A stretch of 63,758 nucleotides of DNA, the filler included, from Octopus bimaculoides (lineage: Eukaryota): the NCBI RefSeq assembly GCF_001194135.2. It is 6 parts of 6 records of this genome, joined end to end, with 100 filler letters (N's around TTAATTAATTAA, not from the genome) between each part and the next. Parts side by side here need not be neighbours in the genome. Positions count along the whole stretch, not along the records: positions 1 to 14,254 come from NC_068982.1; 5 more parts are not named here. One strand, given 5' to 3'. Positions 1-12,234 of the stretch are shown in pieces (positions within the stretch are counted from its first letter, which is position 1; each line of letters starts with the position of its first letter). The position numbers were made by a program, and so were the translations under genes. The notes under the pieces were generated by a model. It was not told the origin of the DNA. It did not search any database and was given only the letters and a program-made list of their open reading frames with translations.

Positions 1-67
1 GTTCTTTCTCTCTTTACACACCCTAAAAAAATTCTAATCGTGAGTCATGTATCCCATACTATTGTTC

Positions 68-714
68 TTTATGTGCATATTCCAAAATTTCAGTCTTCTG
101 GAACCTGTAAAAAGGATTTTGCTCCTGAAAAATGGAGCTCATGGAGCTCTAAAATGTGGGAATGAAGGTCCCTATTGGGGGTGGGGGTGTTAATGTCAAC
201 CAGAGAAGTTGAATTGTTGGGAATGTTTTTAACTTGCGACATGTTATTGTTTCACTTTTGACAGGTAATACTGAAATAGTGGAATAGTTTCATTGTTAAA
301 GTGAAAGTATCTGACATTACAGTAGAGTGATGTTATTGTTTCACTTTTGGCACGTAATACTAAAATAGTGGAGGAGATATGATATTGCTGTGGGCTTGAA
401 CTATGCAAGACGTAAAAAAATTTTTTGGCCTAAGACACTACATGGACTCTAAGTAAGGCATGTGTTAATTTGGAATGAAATTGGTTGTGTAGTTTTCGAT
501 TTTTAGAGATTCACACAGACACACATTCTCATCTTTATATATCTGATATTTATGTGCACATTCCAAAATTCCAGTGTTATGGACCCTGTAAAAAGGATTT
601 TGCTCCTAAAAAATGGAGCTCATGGAGCTGAAAAATGTGGGAGTTAAGGCCCCTATTGGGGTGGGGGTGTTAATGTCAACCACAGAAGTTGAATTGTTAG
701 GAATCTTTTTAACT
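68..714. repeat. Diverged direct repeat pair (~167 bp; 68-234 and 549-714) plus a shorter pair (241-287, 329-375), probably inside a non-autonomous Helitron/Helentron-like element
   Basis: Both copies read tttatgtgca.attccaaaatt...ggagctcatggagct...gggggtgttaatgtcaacc...tttttaact. The Helitron-like label rests only on the style of the 480-545 segment (gtagttttcgattttt...cacacattctcatctttatatat). Confidence 0.55.
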
Positions 715-2121
715 GGGGTCTTATATGTATTGTTTGAATTTCTTTGAAATAGGAAATATATGTATGTTCACTGAGTTTGTAAAAGAGAGCAAAGCTACAG
801 GAAACCAAAAGACGAATGATCGCGATAATCAGTTAGCTACCCTAGCCTAGTCGTTACTACTCCCCAATGTAGGATTCCTCACCATACAGGTGACAGGAAC
901 AGCTGTAAGATGCATTATGGATCTATAGCAATTGGAAGGGCATGACCCAATTGAAATAAAAACGTGTGACGTTTGGAGTAAAAGGAAATGAAAGTGTCAC
1001 CTCTGGAATTTGCAAATGACCACTCTACCGATAGGTAACTGGGCAGAAAATATTTACAATCAATAAATGTCTTAGAACAACCAGTCACTCATCTGGGAAG
1101 GCCTTGAAATCAATGTTACCAACTGGGGACTATATGTGTCGCAGTGGTAATAAAAAGACTCAAAGGAAGTCTGCAACGAAATAATTTTACTCATCACTTT
1201 GCAAGTGAATCAGTGGAGGCAAAGATGCGTCTCATTTACTTGACAATTTATGCACCGCATTGCAGAAATCACAATGTAAGTATATCTGAAAGGATAGTCT
1301 TACACTGTTGTACCGTTGAATTACAAATAATGCTCATCTGTTATGTTCAGGTGACCCTATAGGTTCCAATAGTACAACTGTATTCGTCTTTGCTTAGGAA
1401 AAATGACTAAATTGGAGTGTGAAGTCCCCATGAAGGGGTCTTTGTAACTTCTAAGAAGAAGAAATTTTAGAAATATTACTTTATTTGTGTGTTAAAATTT
1501 CATCAACATCAAAAATATATGAATTTTCATGGCCGTTATGCATAGAATATAATTTCCAAATTTCATAAAGATCCATTCAGTACTTTTGACGTAGTTTTGG
1601 ATAAAATAACAAATGACTAATGTGTGTGTTTGTGTGCATGTGTATGTGTGTGTATGCATGTATATGTGTGTATATATGTGTACATATACATCTACACACA
1701 ACCTTTGTTTATCACTCACTACATTCACCTTTACCACCATCTCTGACTATTTGTCACTCTTCTCTTATACTCTTATGAAAATATGCACCCTCTCCTTCTC
1801 CCCTGATCCTCAATCCATATTTTCTTTTATACTTACCTTTTTGTACCATGTGACTATGCATTGTCAACCTCACCACCAACATCTTTATTTTCTTTCCAAT
1901 TACTTCCCCCACCCCTATACAATGCAGGGTAACCATTTATTACCTGCATAGTAAGCTATCTGTGCTTGTCCCTCTATCAATCTTTAGCTTTTCAACATCT
2001 AGCATAGAACCACTCCCCCTACTCTCTCAAATGCACTCCCTCTCAATCTCAGGGGTTTTTCCTCTTTTATGGATTGCAAGTTACTTGGTGGCTTCATTAG
2101 TTAGTGCCAGTTTCAAGAAAA

Positions 2122-2297
2122 AAAAGCATCCAGCATTTACTGCAAAGTGGTTGGCATTAGGAAGGGCATCCAGCCATAGAAAACATGCCAAAATTGATAC
2201 TGAAACTTAGTGTAGGTTTGCAGCTCATCAGATCCTATCAAACCATCCATCTCGTGTCAGTTTGGAAAATAGGCATTAAATGATGATGATGACGATA
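2122..2297 (+). mobile_element. SINE family B, 3' part (gtggttggc.ttaggaagggcatccagc core, (GAT)n tail)
   Basis: Homologous to copies at 26340-26611, 46425-46575, 54580-54757, 58753-58905 and 58921-59210; ends taaatgatgatgatg. Confidence 0.75.
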
Positions 2298-2763
2298 AGT
2301 TTTAAGATGCAGGGGTTGTTTTCACACAAAAATATTTTACGGAAAAACAAATACATTTTACAAAACAAGAAAATCATATTTTAGTGATCAGTTTGTGCTT
2401 ATTTTCATTTTATCATTTAGTACAGCTTACTCTCAATGGAATTTTTGAAGCTTTCATTAAAAATACATATTTTACATGTGTGTGTGTGTCATTGTTTATC
2501 AGTTAAGTTTTGCACTGGCATGGGCATGTGTTTGATGGTTAGTTAGGATAGGATTGAAGAGCAACAAATAATACACAAGTTGGAGATAGGAGAGAGCAGC
2601 TGATTAACAGTGCAAAAAGAGAGTGAAGAGCAGAATAATAATGATGATGACAATGATGACGATAAAGCATTGGACCAAGCAGTGATGGCGGAGATCTCAT
2701 AAATGTACAACCTCATAAATGCTGCCTCAAAATGAATGAAAATGTCAAATTCAGTAGTCATAA

Positions 2764-5018
2764 CACTGGTCAACAGCCAATTTTCATCAGGGATATTATA
2801 TGGTGTTTTATATGTAGTTTTGCCTGCGGATTTCAAAAATGTAATCGGTTTCCTTCTATCAGGCACAGTTTTTCTGATGTGATAAAAGAGGTATATAACT
2901 CCCATCAGCAGTATCGCTACATGTAAACATCTTATACAGGTAAATTCTGACTTCTGTTTTATAACTATTTGTGTTAATTTTGTAATTTTATGTTTTCATA
3001 ATCTTTTCTTTTCATAAATTTTACTTTGTGTTTAAAGTGCCAAGTCATTATCAAATTCTACTCAGGATGTCAAGGCATTGCAAGAACAGTCCTGATATAT
3101 TTTGTCATGTCTGTGGTTCATTTACCACCAAAGCTCAGCAACGTGTCATCACAATTGAAATCAAGGTCTACCAGTTATACTTTGACTGCTCTCTCGGGGA
3201 TCAAGATAAGAGTTGGGCCCCGCACATCATCTGCTCAGCTTGTTCAAATGGACTAAAGGATTGGCTAAATAAGAGGAAGAGAGCAATGTCGTTTGCAATA
3301 CATATGATATGGAGAGAGCCAAAGGATCATTTCATGGACTGTTATTTCTGCAGCGTTAATGTATGTGGGCTTACTGTAAAAACCAAGCATAGGATTGTGT
3401 ATCCCAAATTGGAATCAGCAAGAAGACCAGTACCACACAACGATGATGATCTTTCTATTCCAATACCACCAGAAAATGGCCTTCAGATGTCTGACAAAGA
3501 TGTATTTCCTGAAGAAAATACTACTGCTGTGGAAGACACCGAAATGGATGCAGATTTCACGATTGAAAATGAAGACGTACCACAGAAATCTTCTCAATGA
3601 GAGTTAAATGATTTAGTCAGAGACTTGTCATTGTCGAATAATAAAGCTGAACTATTAGCATCTCGCCTACAAGAAAAGTGTCTGCTTATGTTTGTATTAC
3701 TCATTTCAGGAAGAGAAATAGGGATCTGACTTCATGCCTCTCTGTTGAAGGACCACTTTGTTTCAGTAAATAACACTGATGAGTTATTTCGCTGTTTGTT
3801 CCAAGAGCATGTTTCGGGTGAATGGTGCATATTCATTGAGTCATCTAAGAGAAGCCTCAAGGTAGTACTACTACACAACGGCAATAAGAAACCATCCATT
3901 CCCATAGGACATTCAGTGCACATGAAGGAGTGTTATGAAAACATGCAAGCACTCCTCAATGCCATAAAGTATACAAACTACAGCTGGAAAATATGTGGAG
4001 ACTTGAAGGTGATTGGAATGTTAATGGGAATCCAATCTGGGTTCACGAAATATTGTTGCTTTTTATGCCTATGGGACAGTCATGCAACTAACAAGCACTA
4101 TGTGCAATCAGAGTGGCCTTTGCGAAAATCATATGAGCCGGGAGTTTCTAGCGTCCAGAGTAAGCCACTTTTAAACCTAGAAAATGTTCTTCCCCCTCTT
4201 CACATAAAGCTTGGCCTTATGAAACAATTCGTGAAGACACTTGCTCGGAAAAGTTCAAAAGGTTTTGAATATGTGAAGGCCAAATTTCCAAACGTCACCG
4301 AGGCAAAACTGAAGCAGAGTGTATTCATAGGTCCGCAGATAAAAGAACTCCTGAAGGACAACCACTTCCTCACAGCACTGGATGAGATTGAGCGTAAAGC
4401 CTGGGAATCATTCAAATGGCTCCGTGAAAATTTCCTGGGCAACAAGAGATCACTAGGGTTTCAAAATGGAGTGAAATATCTTCTAGACTCTTACGCAGCA
4501 ATGGGTTGTCGGATGTCACTAAAAGTCCATTTCCTTGATTCACATCTGAACTTATTTGCAGAGAACCTTGGAGCAGTGTCTGATGAGCAAGGGGAACGCT
4601 TTCATCAGGATATTGCATCGATGGAACAACGATATCAAGGATTTGGGAATGCAGGAATATTAGTTGACTACTGTTGGATGTTATACAGGGATGAGCCTGA
4701 GACAAAACACCATAGAAAGTCCAAATCCCAAAGATTTTAAGTTGTTATGCATTCGAGTGTATTCTAACTTATTTGCACACAATAATTTTAATTTTGTACA
4801 ATAAAAAGCCATGAAATTATCATATCTTGTATTCATTATACTTTATATAGACATGCTTTACGTATCCTATAAGTTAAAACAGTAAGTATCATTAACATGA
4901 AAATGTGACTTAATAGAGGAAATCGGACTTCAGATTCGTAATCAGCATCAAAAATTAACCCAGAAAAGTCAATCAGCAACTCTGATGATTAAAAAAAGTT
5001 TCATTTTGTTGACCAGTG
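2764..5018 (+). mobile_element. Chapaev3-like (CMC superfamily) DNA transposon, full length
   Basis: 12-bp perfect TIRs cactggtcaaca (2764-2775) / tgttgaccagtg (5007-5018); 3-bp TSD TAA at 2761-2763 and 5019-5021; internal transposase. The superfamily call comes from the CAC...GTG termini, the TWA-type TSD and my recollection of the protein family. Confidence 0.8.
3067..4740 (+). pseudogene. Chapaev3-like transposase with a premature stop and frameshifts
   Basis: N-terminal Cys-rich MSRHCKNSPDIFCHVCG...WAPHIICSAC...WREPKDHFMDCYFC. TGA at 3598-3600 interrupts SQ*ELNDLVRDLSLS...AELLASRL. Frameshifts lie around 3690-3770. The C-terminal part has CGDLKV, CFLCLWDS, PPLHIKLGLMKQFVK and SDEQGERFHQDI. 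Confidence 0.85.
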
Positions 5019-5021
5019 TAA

Positions 5022-5720
5022 TCAATCTGCCCAATGATTGACAGACCAGGCAAGGGTAACTTGTATAAATGATTCAATTACAGAATCAGAAGTTGAAGTA
5101 ATTCTGCGAAGATTAGAAAATGAACAGGAAGGGCGTGAAGCAACAGTAGTAAGAAATGAAGACAAACACTATGTACCTGAGAATGCTAGTGAACTACATA
5201 GTGAAGCAGATGAAACTGGATGAGTAACAAATGTTGGACAAGACTTGGAGATTCTAGAAATGCTGTGAGGTAAACAATGGAACGCTAACAGATTTAAGGT
5301 ATATAGGCAGAGAAAAAGTAAGGAGAGCCACAAGCAAAGTAAATGGCATTTTGAGTTTGGTTGAAATAGAGAACATCATAGCTGCAGTTAATGCAGCTGA
5401 CATGATAGGATATAAATGGAAGACAGTTGAAAGAAAAGAAACAACCAAACTGGAGGCAAAAAAACTGGACAATTAAATAGGATAATGAAAGGCGAACTCA
5501 ATAATGAAGCATTAATCAGAAAATTGATTGAACAGTACTGGTTAAGGGAGAGGGGAAAGCAAACTACATAAAGAATTGTCACAAAATTCTTGGTGGTGAC
5601 ATTAAAAGTCAAATTAAAACTCATGATGCTAGATGTAAAGGTTTTAATCAGAATAGATTGTTTCAGTCTAATAGAAGATGGATTTTTGAGGAAATAAGAG
5701 AACAACACCCCTATTTTCCC
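5022..5720 (+). mobile_element. Degraded R4/Dong-like (RLE clade) LINE, N-terminal region
   Basis: Broken translations Q*LTDQARV..NDSITESEVEVILRRLE, EQYWLRERG and ARCKGFNQNRLFQSNRRWIFEEI resemble the pre-RT region of R4/Dong-type ORFs (from memory). Confidence 0.55.
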
Positions 5721-6149
5721 GAAATTTATGAGGGGAAAATGTCTGATCCTGTAAATTTTCCAAAACTCCTCTCCCCAACCCCTCAACAAATCTTTACATA
5801 CACTCAATTTACAGGATATAAGCGATTACTTGGTGAAAGTTTCGTTAAAAAGTATCCATTTTTCTGGAGGTTGTGAGGTGCAAAATCAGTGGGGTAATAA
5901 ACTGTAGTTATGCCTTTTTCAATGAACGTTAAAGTTGACGGATTATCGTTAACTTCCATTACATTTTCAAAGAATTAGCAGACTAACGATTAACGAAGTT
6001 GACTTTTTGGTTAACTGATAAATGATGCTTTTTGGTTAACAGATTAATAACTTTTCGATTAACGGTGCCCACCTTTGTATATATATATGTATGTATGTAT
6101 GTGTGTAGAGAGAGAGAGAGAGCGAGAGAGACAGACAGAGAAAGAGAGA

Positions 6150-8825
6150 TAGAGTAGAAAGGGCTTTAGTTAGGGCTCTAGATGAAGCACTGGAATCTGG
6201 CTCAGTGCCCCGAGTTTTAGCTGCAAGAATGGCACTTAACCATCACCTCGAGACCAAAACAAAGGATGCGTAGTCAGGGCCAAGCAACATGCAATGGGTC
6301 AGGAAGAAATCAAAGACACAGGATGGGGTCGTGTGATAGAGACCCAACGTGGTAATAATGGCACTATAAGGTCTTTGATGAATAATCAAGGGAACTTGGT
6401 AAACGAACCTGAGGAGATGTGTAAGGTCTTTCAGGAGCATTTTGCCCTGCTTTTCGGGTGGGGTAGCAGGCTGGAATGGAGGAGAGACCTCACAGACTTC
6501 CTCGCTGGTGTGCCGCATCTCTCGGGGCAAGAAGCGGATTACTGTGAGGGGCCAATCACAGCTGCAGAGGTGCAGGAGGTTTTGCTGAACTGTGGTGGGG
6601 ACAAGTCGCCGGGACTAGATGGTCTCCCCTATGAACTTTATAACAGTATGCCAGACTTGTTCGGGCACCTCCTGGCATGTGTCTTCAACAACTAGCAACA
6701 GAATGGATTTATACCCAGATCTGTAAACCAGAGAGTGGTGATGCTGCTTAGAAAGGACCCAAACAAGGGGGATATTATAGATAATTTTAGGCCCATCCCT
6801 TTCCTTAATACAGAGTTGAAGATTTTGGCCAAGGTGTTAGCAAAATGGTTGGCATGTGCCGTGGGTGGAATTGTCAAGGCAGCACAAACTTCTGCTGTTC
6901 CTGGCAGATCCATACACGATAATCTCTATCTTCTATGCTACACCTTAGAGAGGGTTAACGAGTATCCTGGCAAGGGTGGGGCTCTGTTCCATTTAGACCA
7001 GTCCAAAGCTTTTGATAGGGTTGACCATTGGTATCTGGTGTTGGTCCCCGCAGCATTCGGGCTCGGCCCTGTCTTCCGCAGGTGGATCATTGCTCTATAC
7101 AGTAAAATCAACTCAATCGTTCAGGTGAATTGGGTTCTTCTTGAAGCCATTCAACATCAAGCGCTCTGTTCATCAAGGGTGTCCTCCTTCCCCCCTTCTG
7201 TATGTGTTGGCTCTAGTGCCCTTACTGCAGAAGTTGGAGGGCTTGAAGGGAATCCCACGCAATCTAGGCTGCAGTAGGAAGGTTTTAGCGTACGCGGATG
7301 ACATCACCATCACTGTGTCTGAGATGGTACACCTACAGAGGGTAGGCAAAGCCATTAAAGAGTATGAGGTGGTGGCAGAAGCAAAAGTTAACCGGGATAA
7401 GTCAGTCAGTTTGCAACTCGGCACCTGAAGCAAGATGATACTTCCCAACAACATCGTAGGGTGTTGGACAGAGGGGCTGGTTAAAATTCTAGGGGTTTGG
7501 TTTGGCCCAGACCTCCAGATAGAGAAGAATTGGAGCAAGGTGATGATCAGAGTGAACCACCTAACTCAGACCTAGTCTGAGCGACAGCTATCCATGAAAG
7601 GAAGGGTGGAGGTCACAGGAATGTTTATCACTTCTGTGATTACCTACCACCTAACCATCGTGCCCGTTTGTGACTGATCAAGTTGAAGCAGCTGCTCTTC
7701 TGCTTTGTGTAGAAGAGTAGAAGTCCTCTTGTAAAGTGCTCTGTCTACTGCCAGTACTCGCTGAAGGGTGGGCTAGGGATGCCCTGGCTGTTGATGCGCA
7801 GACATGCGCTGAGGCTGAGGCATCTATGGCTCTGCCTGGACGGTGAACAGGTTTGGTCTCCGTTTGTTCAGTTGAAACTTCTTGAGCTTATTAGTTTGAA
7901 TGAACTAGGACCTTGGATCAAGTGTAAACCAAAGTTGGGTACTTGGCAAGCAAGCAGAGTGTCATGAAGCACTCAAGCTTCTCTGTCACACAGGCAATGC
8001 CAGCCAACTTTCTAGAGGATTAGTAGAGGCTCAGTGCAACGACATCCTATGGGAGACTCTAGGCTTCGATGATGGTCAACTAGCCGACCTGTTCCAAAGG
8101 ACATTCAGGCCAGGACCCTTGGATAACTTCCAAGGATCCCTGGCCTGGCAGTTTTACCGAGGAGCCTTACCGGTTCACGATAAACTCGCAAGACATGGTG
8201 CCCTTTGTTCACCCATGTGCCCAAGATGCGAGCAGGACAGGGAAACCATTCTGCACATGATTGTGCAGTGCCCCAAAATTTTGGAAATGTGGGTTTATTC
8301 TAAACACCTGCTGTCACGGCAGAGAAGAGTACAACTATCTTCCAAGTCGATTGTAAAGATTGTTCCTCCTCCCTCTTTTAACAAAGAAGGCAAGGCTTGT
8401 TTTCTTGATGTGGTCACTATAGCGAAAGAAGTGGTATGGAAGACCCACGTGAAAGGAATCATGACAGGCATCTTCATCTCCAGCCTTTGGTTAATTTCCT
8501 CACTTACCACCTTAAGAGGAAAATAAGGGTGGAGAGAAAATGCCTGTCACCTGATGTAGATGGAAAAAGATGGAAGGCTGTAGTGAGTTTGTTGAGAATG
8601 AATGAACCCACATAGTACTTCCATAATGTTATACAAAAGGTTACAGTAGTGGCTCGGGGCTTGCGAGGTCGAAGCTAAACACGTACCCCACTTCGTTGTA
8701 TGTGTTCTTGTTATCATCCGATTTATATAAATTTTTAAAAGTCATTCGTTTTATTGACCCCACTCCCTCATTTGTATCATCCCCTCTATGTTTGGTCCCT
8801 TGTGGGCAATAAAGACATAGTTGTT
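6150..8825 (+). mobile_element. 5'-truncated Tx1/L1-clade LINE (RT plus C-terminal zinc knuckle), disrupted
   Basis: KSPGLDGLPYELY, NFRPIPFLNTELKILAKVLA, LDQSKAFDRVDH, QGCPPSPLLY, YADD at 7291-7302, CPRCEQDRETILHMIVQC; aataaa near 8809; several stops and frameshifts. Confidence 0.9.
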
Positions 8826-8838
8826 ACAATCTTCTGAA

Positions 8839-9670
8839 ATGGAACTGTCAAAGCACGATATTTGGACAATTTTGCTATTCAACTTCAAAAAAGGGCATAA
8901 AGCAGCTGAAACTACCTGCAATATCAACAGAATGTTTGGTAAGAAAAATGACCAGTGAGTAGTCAGCTCGAAAATGGCTTAAACAATTTTGCAGCGGTGA
9001 CCTGAGCCTTGAAGATCATGTGTGTAATGGATGCCCATCTGTCATCGACGATGGTCAATTAAAGACAATCATTGAGAAAGATCCATGTAAAACCATTTGA
9101 AAACTGGCAAAAGAACTTCAAGTTATCCAAAAGTTCTTCCTTTCTTCTATTTGCATGTGATTGGAAAATCAAAAAAGCTCAACAAACGGGTACCACACAA
9201 TTTGAATGAAAATCAGAAAATGCACAGATATGAAATCTGCTCGTCACTTCTCCGTAACCAGACCAATCCATTTCTTGATTGTATTGTAACTTGCGACGAA
9301 AAGTGGATTCTGTACAACAATAAAAAATGTTCTTCACAGTGGTTGAACCAAAATGAAGCACCGAAAACCTTCCCTTAACCTGAGCTCTTCAGAAAGAAGG
9401 TTATGATGACTGTTTGTTGGTGTACTGCTGGACTCATCCACTATAACTTCTTAAAAGCCAGAAAAACCATTACTGCAGAAACATATTACCATGAAATTGT
9501 CAAAATGAACGAAAAACTGCTACTCCTGTCCCTGACTGGTCAACAGAAGAGGGTCAATCATTCTTCAGGACAATGCTTGACCACAGGTTTCACTAATGAT
9601 GCTCCAGAAATTGAGGGAATTTGGCTTCGAAATTCTTCCCCACCCAGCTTATTCCCCGAACCTGTATTTT
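8839..9670 (+). pseudogene. Mariner transposase relic
   Basis: ATG 8839 MELSKHDIWTILLFNFKKGHKAAET, RVPHNL (WVPHEL-like), IVTCDEKWILYNN, KKVMMTVCW, PAYSPNL (YSPDL-like); frameshifted. Confidence 0.85.
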
Positions 9671-9794
9671 AGTCAAATTAAACATTAAAATTGAGAATTA
9701 TGGAAATATTATTTGCACAGTTATTGTATATAATAAAACAGGAAAATTGAAAACTGTTTTTTGATATTTATATTCTTTTTTTTATTTTATTTTA

Positions 9795-10129
9795 TTTGTT
9801 TCAGTCATTGGGCTTTGGCCATGCTGGAGCACTGCCTTTAGTCAGAGAAACTGACACCAGGACTTATTCTTTGTAAGCCTAGTACTTATTCTATCAGTCT
9901 CTTTTGCTGAACCGTTAAGTTTTAGGACATAAACACACCAGCATCGGTTGTCAAGTGATGGCAGGAAGAGGGGAACAAACACACACACACACACAAATAT
10001 ACATATATATATAGTTTCCATAAGGCTTTGGTAGGCCCAAGGCTATAGTAGAAGACACCCAAGGTGCTACGCAGTGGGCCTGAACCCGGAACCATATGGT
10101 TGGGAAGCAAGCTTCTTACCACACAGCCA
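9795..10129 (-). mobile_element. tRNA-derived SINE family A
   Basis: Minus strand begins tggctgtgtggtaagaagcttgcttcccaacc (A-box-like) and ggttcaggccc (B-box-like); internal (TG)n; tail gctccagcatggcc...actgaaacaaataaaat. Confidence 0.85.
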
Positions 10130-10153
10130 ACCTTAGCCTATATATATATATAT

Positions 10154-10724
10154 ACTAGCTGAGTATCCTGTAATTTCCAGATCATTTTCACAAGAGAATG
10201 CCCTGGTGGATTTTTTGAAATAGCACACTCACATAAGTTGGATTTTCTCTATTTTGATAGGGATTTTTCAAATTTGTTTTTCACCACACCCTTGGAAATG
10301 ATGGAAGGAAGCTTTTTATAAAATAAAATTATGGAAAATTTATGAACCCCTACCCATTTCCTGACCGATTTTGTCCAAATTATTTTTCCACTACGTACTT
10401 TAAAAAAAGCAAGCATGCATTCACAGTGAAAAAAAACAAAAATTTGAAAATTTATGAATTTTTTTTCAAACCCATTTCCCCACTCAGTACTGTTTTTGGT
10501 CGATAGTTTTCATACTATGCACTTAACACATAAAGCGTGATGGGCCACAGTCATGGCCGTCAGGCACGGGCTGACAGGCCATGATCGTGGCTCAGATAGA
10601 TGCATTTAATTTATGGGCGTTTGTTGGGGGTCTATTGTCACTCAAACACTCTAATACCCCGCAGAATGCAAGAGGACTAATGACTTTTTAGATGATGTAA
10701 AACTTGCCACCATTATATACTAAG
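10154..10724 (+). mobile_element. Possible non-autonomous Helitron/Helentron-like element
   Basis: Starts actagctgagtatcctg after a TA run and ends aaacttgccaccattatatac. Similarity is to the general style of such elements only. Confidence 0.3.
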
Positions 10725-11225
10725 GAGTTATTTTAACTATTTTGAGCTTTTTAGGTGTGCATTGTAGTTTTATTTTCCTAAAATGTGCTCAGCAGTCCAT
10801 GCTATTGTAAGTGCAAATCCCAGTGCTTTATGGGTTAAAATGATTGGAGAAACCATGAAGGTTAAAAAAAAATAGTTTTGGAAATCAGCAATCACCATTA
10901 CAATCCCCACTTCTTTTATTTTTAAATAGAAAATGAAATGTACTTTAAAAACAATAGTGAAATTTTTTAAAAAACCTTCATTAAACCTGCTCCACACTCC
11001 ATCAATCCTAAAATATATCATCATCATCTATACACACACATATTTATTTCTATATCACTGCATATCTTTTGCATCTTTGGCTCAAGGGAGTAGAGCCTGT
11101 GTTCTTCCAGTCTCACTCATTTGAACATTTGTTGCACTTAGGCAATCTTCTTGGTGTAACAGTCTTGGATTGCCACAAACTCCAGTTTGTTAATTTGACT
11201 CTACATGGTAACTATTACAGGTAGC

Positions 11226-11337
11226 TAAAGATTTCTAGGTATGTGGTACTTTGTTATGCAAACACAATATACTATAAGGTATACCTTGTAGTATGTTGTG
11301 TTTGCATAACGAAGTACCACGTACCCACAAATCTTTA
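11226..11337. repeat. Near-perfect 112-bp palindrome (56-bp arms, no loop)
   Basis: Arms centred on aaggta|tacctt; 50 Watson-Crick pairs, 4 T/G and 2 true mismatches. Confidence 0.95.
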
Positions 11338-12234
11338 ATGTTTATATACCAGCCCCAGGAATGCATCTAATATGTAAATTGGTATATCCAATAACTTAAC
11401 ACCACTGCATGCGGTGGCTATATAAGCAATGTGTTCAGAAGCAATAGCAAGTTAGATGACTGCTGAAGGAGGGGCAACAACCCCCACAATATATGGTATA
11501 TACACTCATTACCCACTTTTGTCTTCAATCACATTGTCTATTTACAACTGACATCTCAATACAAAATGTTGTAGCAAAAATCAGTGCTGGATATAAGTTC
11601 TATAGAATATCTGTAGAAATAATCTTAACAAAATTACTGGGAGAATTAGTCTCCAGGTGATTGAGAACAATTCTTTTCTCAGTTCCAGTATGGTTTCCTT
11701 GTTTTTCATTCTGATTGATCTCAGAATTCAACAACCCAGTCATTTGCACATTGTTACTATCCTTATACGATGCAATTTATTCATGTGGATTGTCAGATCA
11801 TGTACCAAATGTGACTCTGTGTTTGCAATACCTCTTGGTCCCATGTATTTTGATTTTAATTAAATGTAAGCAGAACTGCATGTTTCAGCTTTGCCATGAT
11901 ACCACTTATCCCCACCTTTCTCAGCACCCAAAACCATTTCAGTTATTCATCTTTTATTCTTAATACTGCGTTCTCCACCCATATTTTACATTGATCATCC
12001 TCCTGAGCCAACAAATCAACTCTACCACAATATGTCTGCTCCAAACTATTACAATCTAACTACATGTCATCTCCCTCTCTTCTTTTTGCCCACCTTCTCA
12101 CTCTCTCTCTCTCTCTTCCCCTGTCTACTATATCATTATTATCATCTTGACTCAGGATTTGTCTTATTCCTGGTAGAATTTATATGGGTAGTGAGTTTCT
12201 CCCTCTAACCTTAGATATTCATGATTTCAATAAA

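Noticed and set aside
860-1450. acagctgtaag signature and ORF 1144-1362
   Set aside because: Core unrecognisable; no protein family recognised in any frame.
11463-11500. ctgaaggaggggcaacaacccc as a hammerhead
   Set aside because: Stem II-like hairpin present but both core halves are altered; too decayed to call.
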